From: Candidatus Heimdallarchaeota archaeon B3_Heim
Lineage (GTDB): Archaea; Asgardarchaeota; Heimdallarchaeia; Hodarchaeales; Hodarchaeaceae
Assembly: GCA_003144275.1 (NCBI GenBank)
Contig: NJBF01000002.1
Coordinates: 1-32,000, forward strand
Direction: 5' to 3'
DNA length: 32,000 nt
Every line of letters starts with the position of its first letter. Positions within the stretch are counted from its first letter, which is position 1. A program made the translations under genes and the position numbers. Positions 1-9,971 of this stretch are shown piece by piece. The notes beneath the pieces are model-generated. The model made no database searches. It had not been told where the DNA came from and saw nothing but the letters and a program-made list of their open reading frames with translations.

Positions 1-2
1 TC

Positions 3-528
3 CTGCCCTGGGACACTTGGCTAAAGGGCTATTTTCAGGACCTGGTTGACCTTGGCCTGACCAGGCTCAGGTTACTCTCTTCGGCCCAAACCAGAATGGT
101 GTGGGAGCAGAGCATACGCCACGCCGGTACTCAAGACGGAATACTGAAACCGGGTGCGGCCGCCCGGTCTGCGGACGCAGCATGGAGCTTGCTTCACTCC
201 TGGGATATAAGCCACGATCAGTTGTTGTCCGGGGCCACGAGAGAGAGCGAGGATTTTGCCGCTTGGATGTCTGCCTTTAGGCGGCGCTGTAAACATGAGG
301 AGTGGATCGATGAGGCGGCGCTTCCAGATTTTCTGATGGAGCATGTTAAGCCCGGTGGTATCTTTCCATCTGAGACGATCATTCTGGCCGGTTTCGATGA
401 GATAACACCCCAACAGCAGCGGTTCCTGGAGGTGCTAACCGGTGCCGGCAGCGAAGTAAAGCGGCTGATGCCGGATGGCAGAGACTCAGTTGCGCTAAGG
501 GTTGCCCTGGCGGATACAGGTCAGGAGC
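3..528 (+). CDS. Partial bacterial-type AddB/RexB-like DNA repair protein (TIGR03623-like), internal N-terminal-region fragment; open at window start, truncated at ~528
   Basis: Frame is open from position 3 (LPWDTWL...LLSSAQTRMVWEQSI). Motifs AWSLLHSW, FAAWMSAFRRRC..EEWIDEAALP, LAGFDEITPQQ and LADTGQEL resemble this family as I recall it. GC is 55-67% in spot counts versus ~35% downstream. Confidence 0.65.
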
Positions 529-1319
529 TAAAAAAGCTCACTATCACAATTAATATCGATACTTATGAGTGGGAGCGAATCTTTTACCATGTGGAAAATC
601 TCTTAGATGTTTACTATGATTTCTCCCTGAAAAATGAACTAGTAGTCCCGTTAAAGGGGGTAAATACATTACCTGAGATTACTAGCTTTCTAGCTACCTT
701 CTCGTTGGAATATTACCCCAGTATCAGTGATATATCCGCAACATTTCAGCTACTCAATACGGAAATGTCTCAGGTTCTTAATATCCCCCCATTGGAGGTG
801 GTAGGGATTCCCCGCGATTTTTTATTGCATGTATTACCATTAGAAACTCTGCAATACCGAAATCGTTTTGTCTTAACAGTGTATTACCTTACCAATATCC
901 CTCCTCAAAACAAGCTTTATGTAACTCTCCACTTGGTTACCAGTCTTCAGATTGCATCTCTTACTCTTCTAGGTGCGACAATGACGACTACTAACGAGGA
1001 TATGAAAACTTTACACAAAGTGGGAATGATTTTGGATAAAAATTTCACTCAGGTTGGTCTTAAACTCCATATGGAGGAGGTTTCCGAAGAAATGGTCGGG
1101 GAAATTACCATCCAGATCGACTCTGTAACTCTATCAGTGGATTCCTCCAATTCTGGAAAAGTCTTATTTCGAGAAATAAAGTTGCCTCCTCATCCCATTC
1201 CCGAGGAAGTGATGTCAGTAGTGTTACTGTCGGTTCTTTTCGGTGTTCCACTATATATAGTGTACAAACACCAGGAAAAAGAGGCAAAAAAGCGCTTGCA
1301 TATTTTACGGGAGGGGTAG
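529..1319 (+). CDS. C-terminal part of an archaeal beta-rich surface/secreted protein with a C-terminal transmembrane anchor (5' end missing at the junction)
   Basis: AT-rich part of ORF 96..1319. It ends VMSVVLLSVLFGVPLYIVY followed by the basic tail KHQEKEAKKR. Confidence 0.6.
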
Positions 1320-1440
1320 AATTATAGTATCGAAAAACGAAATAATTGAATGGTTAGTAGGATTTGATTGTTATTTCTTTGGCTATTTAGTTTTCGATAA
1401 TTTCTTCATTGCTTTCATATTAGCGATTATTAGCTCCTTT

Positions 1441-2019
1441 ATGATAATGATGTATCTATCTGCACAGGAACGCACAACTTTCCAAAATAAGAAGCAGGGT
1501 ATAGATATTCCAGTCTATGAATCAGAAATGCTCCCTAATACAATATTACTAGATGACGACAAAGAGCTATATTCATTCACTGGCTTTTTATTTCTCTCTA
1601 CGATTGATGATGACATTTCGGTAGCTACCATACGCTTACAAAGCCAATTTGGTATCTTCCATATCTATAGTCAACTAGGAGCTACTTATCTTCTCTTTTA
1701 CAAATATCCGATCACTCAATCATGGCCAAATTTACCTGAAGTTAAGAAAAAATATATCCTTCAGCAGACCAGGCAACACATAGAGAATTTTGAAAGAGTT
1801 TTACATGAAATGATCCCTGGTATAAAGCATCGGTTTCTCACGATCGAAGAATTAAGAGAGGAACTTGCATTGGGACATAGTCATCAACAACTCCTTGATT
1901 TTCGTCCTTCCTCGGATCCTGCAATTACTCAAACAGCAGTAAAAGCTACTGATATCCCCTCTACTGATCACAAAGTTCAGCAACCACAAGAACTCACCCC
2001 TAAGCTTGTGGTAAAGTGA
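1441..2019 (+). CDS. Hypothetical protein
   Basis: 192-aa ORF with genome-typical composition; no recognised motif. Confidence 0.6.
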   Translation: MIMMYLSAQERTTFQNKKQGIDIPVYESEMLPNTILLDDDKELYSFTGFLFLSTIDDDISVATIRLQSQFGIFHIYSQLGATYLLFYKYPITQSWPNLPEVKKKYILQQTRQHIENFERVLHEMIPGIKHRFLTIEELREELALGHSHQQLLDFRPSSDPAITQTAVKATDIPSTDHKVQQPQELTPKLVVK

Positions 2020-2074
2020 AGTAAGATAATTAAAAGATTGATCGCCAAGGGAAAGAGGTGACACTGAGAGCAAT

Positions 2075-3352
2075 TTAAATTTGTCTTTGTAATTTCCGTT
2101 TCTGGATAATTTTGGGTTTGGGATGTAATTGTATGAGGCGATGTTTTTGTTGTAACAGAGCTGGTTCCCAGGTATAGGCTGGTTCTTTGGTCTTGGGAAA
2201 ACCATACTGATAATCTAAAAATCTGAATGTTGATGGTTCTAGTGCTTCAAATGTGCAAAAGTAAGGGGTCATATCTCTTCGTAGAGCGTGGATTTTTTGT
2301 TGCAGTTTTTCACTCATATGTTCATTATTCTCAATAATTACGTCTGCTGTCTCCCAGATGGCCCCATGAACAATATTTGTAATTTCTTTGGCGGTTAATC
2401 CCAACATTGATTGTATCAATGCCTGTCCGTCTTTTGAATAGAAGTCTAGCTCTACTCCCGCTTTATTCGTAATGCTTGTAATTAGCTGCAGTATCGTGGC
2501 TTCGTTTGGAGATGGAATGTATACTCGTCTATCAAATCGTCGCATCATTGCTCCCTCCAATCGGTCGGGTCGATTGGTCGTGGCAATCACTGTTACTTTA
2601 TTTGGACTGTCGTGTTTCTTATATTTATAGCCGTCTAATGCTGTTAATAACGCTTTCCGAACTCGTGTCATCGCCTCTGACTCTCCTCGAGTATTTCCTG
2701 CTATGGCATCAAACTCGTCAAAAAGCAAAATGCACCCCTCTGGTTCGGCATGGGCTTTATGAAACAACTGGTCAATATTTTTTTCACTTTCTCCAAACCA
2801 TTTACTGATAATCTTCCCTGGAGTTACGTCATAAAGAGGTAACCCAGTTTCTTTGGCTTCATCAGTTGCTAACAAAGACTTTCCGCAACCTGGAGGACCA
2901 AAAAATAGAATACTACGTGGAGGATTGTTACTGAGCATCCAGATATCCGATCGGTTCAATGGTAATTCGATTACGAGTTTTAATGTTTGTTTGGCCAGCT
3001 TTAATCCAATCGTTTCTCGTTGAAACTTCTTAGCTTCGTACTGTGTCCTCATAGAAGAAATCAAACTATCAATACTATTCTTAGAAGGTGCTTCCTGGTT
3101 AATTGTAATGTTTGAGCTCTTCTGATTTGGTTCAAGAGCGACTATTGTCTGTTCCAGTATTTTCAATTCTGTATCCCATAAATTATGGGTCAGAAAATCT
3201 GGATTTCCATTTAATTCTTTTTTGAAAAGTTTTTGGGACTGATTAAAATAATCCAGTGCTTCAATTGGGCTATTTTGTAGTAAGGAAGATTGACCTAGTA
3301 GATAATTCTTGTGTGCATCTAATAGGCCTCCTCGAATAAGGTCAGGTGCCAT
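2075..3352 (-). CDS. Vps4/katanin-clade AAA+ ATPase with a helical (MIT-like) N-terminus
   Basis: Walker A GPPGCGKS, pore loop SKWFGESEK, Walker B ILLFDE, GESEAMTRVRKALL, sensor TTNRP, arginine finger RRFDRRVYIP. Confidence 0.85.
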   Translation of the reverse strand: MAPDLIRGGLLDAHKNYLLGQSSLLQNSPIEALDYFNQSQKLFKKELNGNPDFLTHNLWDTELKILEQTIVALEPNQKSSNITINQEAPSKNSIDSLISSMRTQYEAKKFQRETIGLKLAKQTLKLVIELPLNRSDIWMLSNNPPRSILFFGPPGCGKSLLATDEAKETGLPLYDVTPGKIISKWFGESEKNIDQLFHKAHAEPEGCILLFDEFDAIAGNTRGESEAMTRVRKALLTALDGYKYKKHDSPNKVTVIATTNRPDRLEGAMMRRFDRRVYIPSPNEATILQLITSITNKAGVELDFYSKDGQALIQSMLGLTAKEITNIVHGAIWETADVIIENNEHMSEKLQQKIHALRRDMTPYFCTFEALEPSTFRFLDYQYGFPKTKEPAYTWEPALLQQKHRLIQLHPKPKIIQKRKLQRQI

Positions 3353-3461
3353 TTCAATATTTTATTAGAAATTCGCTTTATATATCTGAAAATTTTATAT
3401 TTTTCTTCGGTCTCCATTCTGAATATTTAAGTTTCAAACACTAATCAATTATTGAACTACT

Positions 3462-4343
3462 TTGGCCATGATATTGGAACTTCTCATTGAAGAGATTAGT
3501 GGTGGTTTGGTGGGTTGGTATCTTTATCAATTTGATCTATCGACCCCATTCAAAGCAATTGGCTATATTCTTCTGAATTTCATCATTGTGAAAGGGATTC
3601 TAACTCTTTTTCCATTTCTCAACCCTCTAGTAGATTTTTTGACCTGGCCCTTTAAGTGTAATAACCTGTTTTCGCATATCCACGTAACTCGTGAATTGGA
3701 TGAGGAAATTAAGCAAGGAGCGAAACTCAATCCTGCAGCTGCTTCACAAGCCAATGAAGAGGAGCGACGAGTAGAGTATGGGGTCTATAATCGTTTTGAA
3801 CTGGATAAACGGGCGGTGGGGTCAAATTTCTATTTTTCAGGAACAACGGTAGAAGATACAAGTAAAATAGCGATGGCCTCATCGAAGCAGGCCCTATACT
3901 TTTTTTTGATCTATCTTGCAATCCTCCCATTTGTAGAATTACTTGGAATTCTGGGTTTTATTATTCACATGTACTCTTCACTGGTTCTTTTTCACGCATT
4001 ACTCCCTAGTGCCAATGAACAGATGATGATCTTTTATGAGATGATGCGCGGAGGTCATATTCCTCCATTGTGCATGTACTGGTTCTATGTGGTGTTTGTA
4101 GTCGTCTTCCTCGAATCAACTCTCCGATCAGGGGGAAATGCGTTGCTAGGATTGTTTTCTGCGATTTTATGGACGTATAGTTACTTTTTCTTTCTTATGT
4201 TTATCGTACGTTGGTTTAATAAACACCCGAAGCAATATTATCCTGTTTTACTTAAGATTCCCGATAGTAGCGCAAAACACAATGATTCAATAAAGGATCG
4301 TGGTGTAAAATCCTCTCTCTCTTCGGAAATGAACTATGAATAA
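3462..4343 (+). CDS. Polytopic membrane protein, hypothetical (start may be ATG 3468)
   Basis: 293-aa ORF with about 5-6 long hydrophobic segments. Confidence 0.7.
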   Translation: MAMILELLIEEISGGLVGWYLYQFDLSTPFKAIGYILLNFIIVKGILTLFPFLNPLVDFLTWPFKCNNLFSHIHVTRELDEEIKQGAKLNPAAASQANEEERRVEYGVYNRFELDKRAVGSNFYFSGTTVEDTSKIAMASSKQALYFFLIYLAILPFVELLGILGFIIHMYSSLVLFHALLPSANEQMMIFYEMMRGGHIPPLCMYWFYVVFVVVFLESTLRSGGNALLGLFSAILWTYSYFFFLMFIVRWFNKHPKQYYPVLLKIPDSSAKHNDSIKDRGVKSSLSSEMNYE

Positions 4344-4396
4344 GAAATCGTTGCCTATAAAATTAAAGAAATGAGGGAGCTGAGAATAAGCTCCTT

Positions 4397-5707
4397 CTAT
4401 TCATCTATATAATCCTTTAAATCTACTTTGGGAAATTCTGCTCTAGCAAAACTCTTACCTTTTGTTTTAAGGGGAGCAGTTAAGTCAAATCCAATCTTAT
4501 TGGTGATTTTTGTCCCAGGTTCTGCACTTGGATCTAAGCTGGATCCCGGTTCTTTACCAATATCGACTAAATCCCTCTCAGCTTGAAAACGAGTGGCCAT
4601 TGACCATTCTACCTCGAGAGGGTCATAAATATTAATATCTTTATCCACGACGAATACATGCTTGCAGCTTCGATGGCCTTGGAAGGCGGCCTGTATTGCT
4701 TTTTTACCGTCGTCCTCTTCTTTTTTGTCAATTTTAACAATTGCATGTAACCATGAAGAGCCACCAGGATTAACATTCACATCGATACACTTTACACCTG
4801 CTTCATTCACTGTTTTGAAAATTGTGGGTTCTCGGGGCATTCCCATTAAGACTTTATGTTCTAATGCTCCAGGGATCAATGCTTGCCATATAGGATTCTT
4901 CCTATGGGTAATTTTCCTCACTTCGAACACAGGTTCGTCTCGAATTATATCGTATGTTTCAGTTAAATCTATGAAAGGTCCTTCATCTGATCGATCCTTC
5001 ATAAATACCCGTCCTTCTAATACTACTTCGCACCCTGCAGGTATTCGAACATCGACTGATTTTGCTTTCACCACTTGAGTTGGAGCCAAGGCATTAGCAA
5101 TTTCTAATTCATTTATTCCAGTTTTTACTGAAGTCGCGGCCCCTACTAGAATATTAGGTGTGTTTCCTACGCAATAAACTGCATCCACTTCACCAGTCCT
5201 CTCTAAAAACTTATAAAAATCTCTACCCTTGATGATTCTCGTACTCATTCGATTTTTAGAAAATTGCATGGCCCGATGGAAATCTAAATTCTGTCCGTAT
5301 TCAGGATCTTTCGTTACCACGACTGCAGATGAAATATAACGGCCTCCATCTCGCTCATTGTGTTTTAAGATAGGTAATCTATCTAAATCCACTTGTTCCA
5401 TTACGAGTTCCTGACAAGGAGCACTTGTAACCTCCTCAGGAGCACTCCGATTATCAATGGCTTCTGTTAGTTTTGGTATGAGTTGATCGGTAGAGATACC
5501 AAAATAATTTGCTATACTGATCTTTGTACTGAAAATATTTCCTGCCACACGGAAATCAGAATAACCTTTTACGTTTTCAAATAGAATAGGTGTTGGTTCA
5601 GCTGTTTTCAAAACAGCAGCTGCCTCAATATCTATATCCACATCCTTTTTGATTTTAGTAATTGCGTTATTCTTTTCTAATTGTGTAATATATTCTCGAA
5701 AATCCAT
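4397..5707 (-). CDS. ubiD: UbiD-family prFMN-dependent decarboxylase, likely anhydromevalonate phosphate decarboxylase
   Basis: Motifs GGRYISS, EGPF..LT..YD, KHVFVVDKDINIYDP.EVEW..ATRFQ. Lies 35 nt downstream of mevalonate kinase on the same strand. Confidence 0.88.
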   Translation of the reverse strand: MDFREYITQLEKNNAITKIKKDVDIDIEAAAVLKTAEPTPILFENVKGYSDFRVAGNIFSTKISIANYFGISTDQLIPKLTEAIDNRSAPEEVTSAPCQELVMEQVDLDRLPILKHNERDGGRYISSAVVVTKDPEYGQNLDFHRAMQFSKNRMSTRIIKGRDFYKFLERTGEVDAVYCVGNTPNILVGAATSVKTGINELEIANALAPTQVVKAKSVDVRIPAGCEVVLEGRVFMKDRSDEGPFIDLTETYDIIRDEPVFEVRKITHRKNPIWQALIPGALEHKVLMGMPREPTIFKTVNEAGVKCIDVNVNPGGSSWLHAIVKIDKKEEDDGKKAIQAAFQGHRSCKHVFVVDKDINIYDPLEVEWSMATRFQAERDLVDIGKEPGSSLDPSAEPGTKITNKIGFDLTAPLKTKGKSFARAEFPKVDLKDYIDE

Positions 5708-5742
5708 TTTGATTTACACCTGTATTATTATTTTGACTAAAT

Positions 5743-6681
5743 TTAAACTCCTATTTTTGTTTTCCAAGCTGCATAACCTGCGGTCTTCAATGCATTGTAA
5801 ACTTTATCCTGAAGCTCTGCTCCTGGAGTTAACATATTTATATTTCCCCCACGTCCTGTACCTGTAACTTTCGCACCCAACGCACCCGCATCTCTAGCTA
5901 TTTTTACCATCTTATCTAACTTTTCATTAGAAACAGTTATTTTTTGTAACAATTCATGATTTTTATTCATGAGCTTGCCTACTTGCTCTAAATTCATCAA
6001 TTCGAGTGCATGACGGCCATCTTTAGCTACTGATTTATACTCTTTCACTATTTCTGCAAACCATTTGGGATTTTCTTCTTTCTTTTCACGTACGTCAGCG
6101 ACTACTACACTTGTATTGGCTGTCATCCCTGAACTTGCTATTACCATATCGACAGGTTTAGAAAGTTTAATGGTTTCCATTGTGTTCGGCCCTCCGTGTA
6201 AATTTTTCACGAAATAGACCAAACCACCAAATGTTGACGCTGTATTATCAATACCACTTGGAGTTCCATGATATCCTTTTTCACCTTCATAAGCAGCTTC
6301 GTTGATTTGAGTATCATTCCATCCCATCTGGTAAGTGTCATTTACGGCTCTCGCTAACGCCACACAACTAGCCGCGGAAGCTCCTACACCACTGGCGCAA
6401 GTTAATTTTCCACCTAAAGTGATTTTCAACTTCTCTTTCTCAAGATCTACGCCCATAAAGGTCAGGACATTGTTTATTGAAATTTTTTGCTCGTCAAATT
6501 TCTTTTTTTTATACCCAGGCACTTCTGGCCGGTTATCAATTAGCTCATATCCCTTCCCCGCTTCAATTTCTACGGTTGCTTCTGTAGAGTCGCCAATTGC
6601 AGAAGCCATTGCAGGTAAACCATAAACGACAAAATGCTCGCCGAATAGTATTGTTTTACCAAAACCTGAACCCGTTCCCAT
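5743..6681 (-). CDS. mvk: Mevalonate kinase (GHMP family)
   Basis: GKTILFGEHFVVYG, SGVGASAA, HGTPSGIDN, GAKVTGTGRGG. SD GGTGA lies 9 nt before the ATG. Confidence 0.93.
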   Translation of the reverse strand: MGTGSGFGKTILFGEHFVVYGLPAMASAIGDSTEATVEIEAGKGYELIDNRPEVPGYKKKKFDEQKISINNVLTFMGVDLEKEKLKITLGGKLTCASGVGASAASCVALARAVNDTYQMGWNDTQINEAAYEGEKGYHGTPSGIDNTASTFGGLVYFVKNLHGGPNTMETIKLSKPVDMVIASSGMTANTSVVVADVREKKEENPKWFAEIVKEYKSVAKDGRHALELMNLEQVGKLMNKNHELLQKITVSNEKLDKMVKIARDAGALGAKVTGTGRGGNINMLTPGAELQDKVYNALKTAGYAAWKTKIGV

Positions 6682-6843
6682 TTTTATTTTTCACCTAAAT
6701 CCTCTATTAGTCATTTTTCCTTGTTATTGCCGAAATAAATCTATCTTTTTCGATATTTTCAGATAAAAATTTTTCCTCACTTGCCTTTTTTTGTCTAGCT
6801 AACTGAGAAAAGTTGATATAAAAATTTATTTCGGAGTACAATT

Positions 6844-8064
6844 ATGAGAACTTTGCTAGATTTCGCTTTAAATGATAAAGTGTGCTTAACTCGTGTAGAT
6901 TTTAACTGTCCGCTTAACGATGATAAAAAAATTCTTGATTATACCCGAATTAAAGCCCATGCTGAAACTGTTAAGGCCATATCTGACAATTTGGGAAAAT
7001 CAGTTATAATTGCTCATCAAGGACGACCAGGAAGTTCTGATTTTACCAGTTTGGCACAACACTCAGAAAAACTACAATTGGTCCTATCAGAAAAATATAA
7101 AGTGGATTTTATTGGACAAACTCACGGAGTTGAGGTTGAACAGAGAATTTCTCAAATGAATTCGGGGAATATACTCGTTCTTGAAAATGTGCGACAAGTA
7201 GAGGGAGAAACCAAGAATAAAACTTCTCAGGAACATGCAAATAATGTTTATATCAAAAGTTTAGCAAAAGTAGGGGATATCTTCATTAATGATGCTTTTT
7301 CAGCTACTCATCGCTCTCATATGAGTTTAGTTGGATTCACTGGTATCTTGCCTTCTGCTGCAGGGCTCATCATGGAAAGGGAAGTCTCAAATCTCCAACG
7401 TGTGGTAGATAATCCTCAAAAGCCATGTGTATTCATATTAGGTGGAGTAAAACCTGAAGACTCATTTAAAGTCGCTGATTATGTCCTAAGAAATGACATT
7501 GCCGATGCGGTCTTAACAGGAGGAGTAATATCTGAAATTTTATTAATTGCCATGGGAAAATCATTAGGTATTCCATCCATGGATTTCTTAAAGAAAAAGA
7601 ATTTACTACAGTTCGTCGATCCAGCAAAAAAGTTGCTATCAGAATTTACAGATAAAATTGAGATTCAACAAGATTTTGCCGTAGATGAAAACGGTCGAAC
7701 GAATTACACTATGAAAGATCTTCCCCTTAAGGCTTCAATTCTTGATATTGGTGAAAAAACAATTCAACTTTATACCGAGATTATTCAAAATTCCTCAACC
7801 TGTGTTTTTAATGGTCCCATGGGTAAATTTGAAGATCCAGAATTCGCAAAAGGCACCCTAGAAGTGTTCAAAGCTATGAGTAAATCGCAAGGTTTTTCTC
7901 TTGCGGGCGGTGGACACAGCATTTCAATTTTGGAAAAAAATAAGCTTAAACTTTCATACATGAGCACCGCTGGTGGTGCTATGATCCGTTTTCTGATGGG
8001 AAAGACACTTCCTGCCATTGATGCTCTTTACACAAATGCACAACAGTTTTCAGTTGAGGATTAG
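6844..8064 (+). CDS. pgk: Phosphoglycerate kinase (archaeal type)
   Basis: RVDFNCP, AHQGRPG, LENVR, FINDAFSATHRSH, NGPMGKFE, GGGHS, STAGGA. Confidence 0.97.
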   Translation: MRTLLDFALNDKVCLTRVDFNCPLNDDKKILDYTRIKAHAETVKAISDNLGKSVIIAHQGRPGSSDFTSLAQHSEKLQLVLSEKYKVDFIGQTHGVEVEQRISQMNSGNILVLENVRQVEGETKNKTSQEHANNVYIKSLAKVGDIFINDAFSATHRSHMSLVGFTGILPSAAGLIMEREVSNLQRVVDNPQKPCVFILGGVKPEDSFKVADYVLRNDIADAVLTGGVISEILLIAMGKSLGIPSMDFLKKKNLLQFVDPAKKLLSEFTDKIEIQQDFAVDENGRTNYTMKDLPLKASILDIGEKTIQLYTEIIQNSSTCVFNGPMGKFEDPEFAKGTLEVFKAMSKSQGFSLAGGGHSISILEKNKLKLSYMSTAGGAMIRFLMGKTLPAIDALYTNAQQFSVED

Positions 8065-8268
8065 ATTTTTAGATTATTAACACATCGTACTTTATCTTCT
8101 ATAATTGTTAAAAGATGAATAATTCCTTTTTCACTCTTTGTTTTTTAGGTGCTAAAAGAAAAAGGAAGAGTTACAGATTCTGTGACTAAAATTAACGAAT
8201 ATTCTTCATATCGGAAAAGATAAAAAAAGAGAATTGAATTATTATACTAAATTCAGAAAAATGTTGAG

Positions 8269-8796
8269 TTGATCATGGTTAAGTCTGAAGAAGTAAAACA
8301 AATTCAAAGCGATTTGGATCTTGTGACTAAAACGGCTAAAGTTTTAGCTACTAAGTTAGAAAAAATATCTCAGAGATTAGACGAAATGATGACTTCTTTG
8401 CAGACGACAGGAGGAGTTACAGGCTCAGCTGTTCAAAAATCTGTTTCTAAAGCAGCACCTAAAGTGCAAAAATCCGTTAAAGCGGCTCCAGCTCCACGAC
8501 CTGAACCTCAGAGGCCAAAAAAGACAATAGCATTTGATAGTACAGGCAGCAAAGCTGGTAGATACCTAGATGCGTTTTTAACACAGCTTCAGGAGCTTAA
8601 AAGAGGAAGAGAAATATGTGATGCGTTATCTCAACTACGAGATCAAGTCATGCAATCTGCAGAAGTTGGATTTCATCCAGCATTCCACGAAATGGGAAGG
8701 GAGGCAAATCGGTTAAAAAACATGGGTGTAATATCAGAGGAAGAGAGAGAAGTTATTATTGAAAAAGTCTATGATTGGAAAGAACGCATTGGATGA
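8269..8796 (+). CDS. Hypothetical protein: N-terminal coiled coil, Ala/Pro/Lys linker, C-terminal helical domain (start may be ATG 8275)
   Basis: Heptad-like LDLVTKTAKVLATKLEKISQRLDEM, low-complexity KAAPKVQK..APAPRPEP, amphipathic helices at the C-terminus. Confidence 0.7.
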   Translation: MIMVKSEEVKQIQSDLDLVTKTAKVLATKLEKISQRLDEMMTSLQTTGGVTGSAVQKSVSKAAPKVQKSVKAAPAPRPEPQRPKKTIAFDSTGSKAGRYLDAFLTQLQELKRGREICDALSQLRDQVMQSAEVGFHPAFHEMGREANRLKNMGVISEEEREVIIEKVYDWKERIG

Positions 8797-8827
8797 CCAT
8801 CATTTCAAAATATGTAGATTCGATTGT

Positions 8828-9346
8828 TTACCCTGATCTAACATGGTTTCCACATTTATTACAGAAGAAGGCATTACCTGGGAGGGTTGACCCACATGAT
8901 GAACATTTACGCTTATTATCCATGTAGGATGGGGTGGAGGAAAACACTGGTTCTTTTTCGTTCTCATTTTTTGTAGTAAATGGACTTGAACTAAACGGAG
9001 AGAAGGCAGCAGCTGAAGAATCATCAGCTGGGGGATCGAAAAAGGACTGTTCGGGTGTGGAAGCTCTTTCCTCTGCAAAATCAACTCGGCCTGTGAGATG
9101 GTCTAATTTGTCAGAAATTTGAGACATGATTGGTATAAATGGACATGAGATTCCCTGCCCGATATCCATTGATGGTGTAATAGAAGAAGATTCGGGACTA
9201 ATAAGCTTAAACCCAATACGTAACCCTTCTGTTTTTTCATTGATGGCAATACCTTGCTCAAGTAGACCTCGGATTACTTCTTTTGCAGAATAAGAGCGGC
9301 CGCGAATGAGAATCCTACCGGAGATTTGATCAAGGGGTTGGTTCAT
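8828..9346 (-). CDS. Zinc-ribbon domain protein
   Basis: C-terminal CSSCG...FCNKCG after a Ser/Pro-rich linker. Confidence 0.75.
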   Translation of the reverse strand: MNQPLDQISGRILIRGRSYSAKEVIRGLLEQGIAINEKTEGLRIGFKLISPESSSITPSMDIGQGISCPFIPIMSQISDKLDHLTGRVDFAEERASTPEQSFFDPPADDSSAAAFSPFSSSPFTTKNENEKEPVFSSTPSYMDNKRKCSSCGSTLPGNAFFCNKCGNHVRSG

Positions 9347-9728
9347 ACCATTGAGTCCTCATTTAGTAAATGAACTGACGAAGATAATAAGAAAAAATAT
9401 CATGCGCGTATTATTGAATTTTCATAAATAGATAGGAATTATTGATTATTCACTGCAGTTTCTTTCAAAGTTCTAATCAATCTGTAGAATAAGGAATCTG
9501 CAAGAAATCTTAAAAAAAACAAAAACTAATAATGAATATTATTATCCCTTAATCCCGTGCAAGAAAATTGCTTAATAAAGCTATTTTTATCAAGATAGTA
9601 TTACGTTTAATTGAGAATTACGAATTCCTTGAGAACAACATTTTTGAAAATGAATAATTTTTAAAAGGATAAGCTGAAAAGACTAGAAGTGACAAAAAAA
9701 AGCATGTCACTAACGTTGAGGTGAAAAA

Positions 9729-9971
9729 ATGCCTGCTGCTTTTGTATTAGTTAATGCCGAAATTGGATCAGAAGATGATGTATTAGAAGAATTAAAAAGT
9801 ACCAGAGGTGTTGTTGGTGCTTGGATAGTTTACGGTGTTTACGACATCGTTGCTAAAATTGAAGCAGATACCATGGAGAAACTCAAGGAAGTCATTACGA
9901 CAAACATTCGTGGCCTTGAGAATGTTCGTTCAACCTTAACAATGATTGTAGTTGATACGGCAAATCAATAG
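9729..9971 (+). CDS. Stand-alone Lrp/AsnC ligand-binding (RAM) domain protein
   Basis: AFVLVN, VYGVYDIVAKI, VRSTLTMI; no HTH. SD GAGGTG at 9718-9723. Confidence 0.9.
   Translation: MPAAFVLVNAEIGSEDDVLEELKSTRGVVGAWIVYGVYDIVAKIEADTMEKLKEVITTNIRGLENVRSTLTMIVVDTANQ

Noticed and set aside
96-1319. Single 407-aa protein as given in the ORF track
   Set aside because: It spans a sharp GC and protein-family discontinuity at ~530; treated as two partial genes.
72-9122. Short overlapping ORFs (72..413, 1105..1287, 1852..2205, 2506..2808, 3563..3754, 3727..3930, 4662..5078, 5649..5867, 6335..6625, 7785..8018, 8800..9084, 8934..9122)
   Set aside because: Antisense or alternate-frame shadows of well-supported genes, with no motifs.
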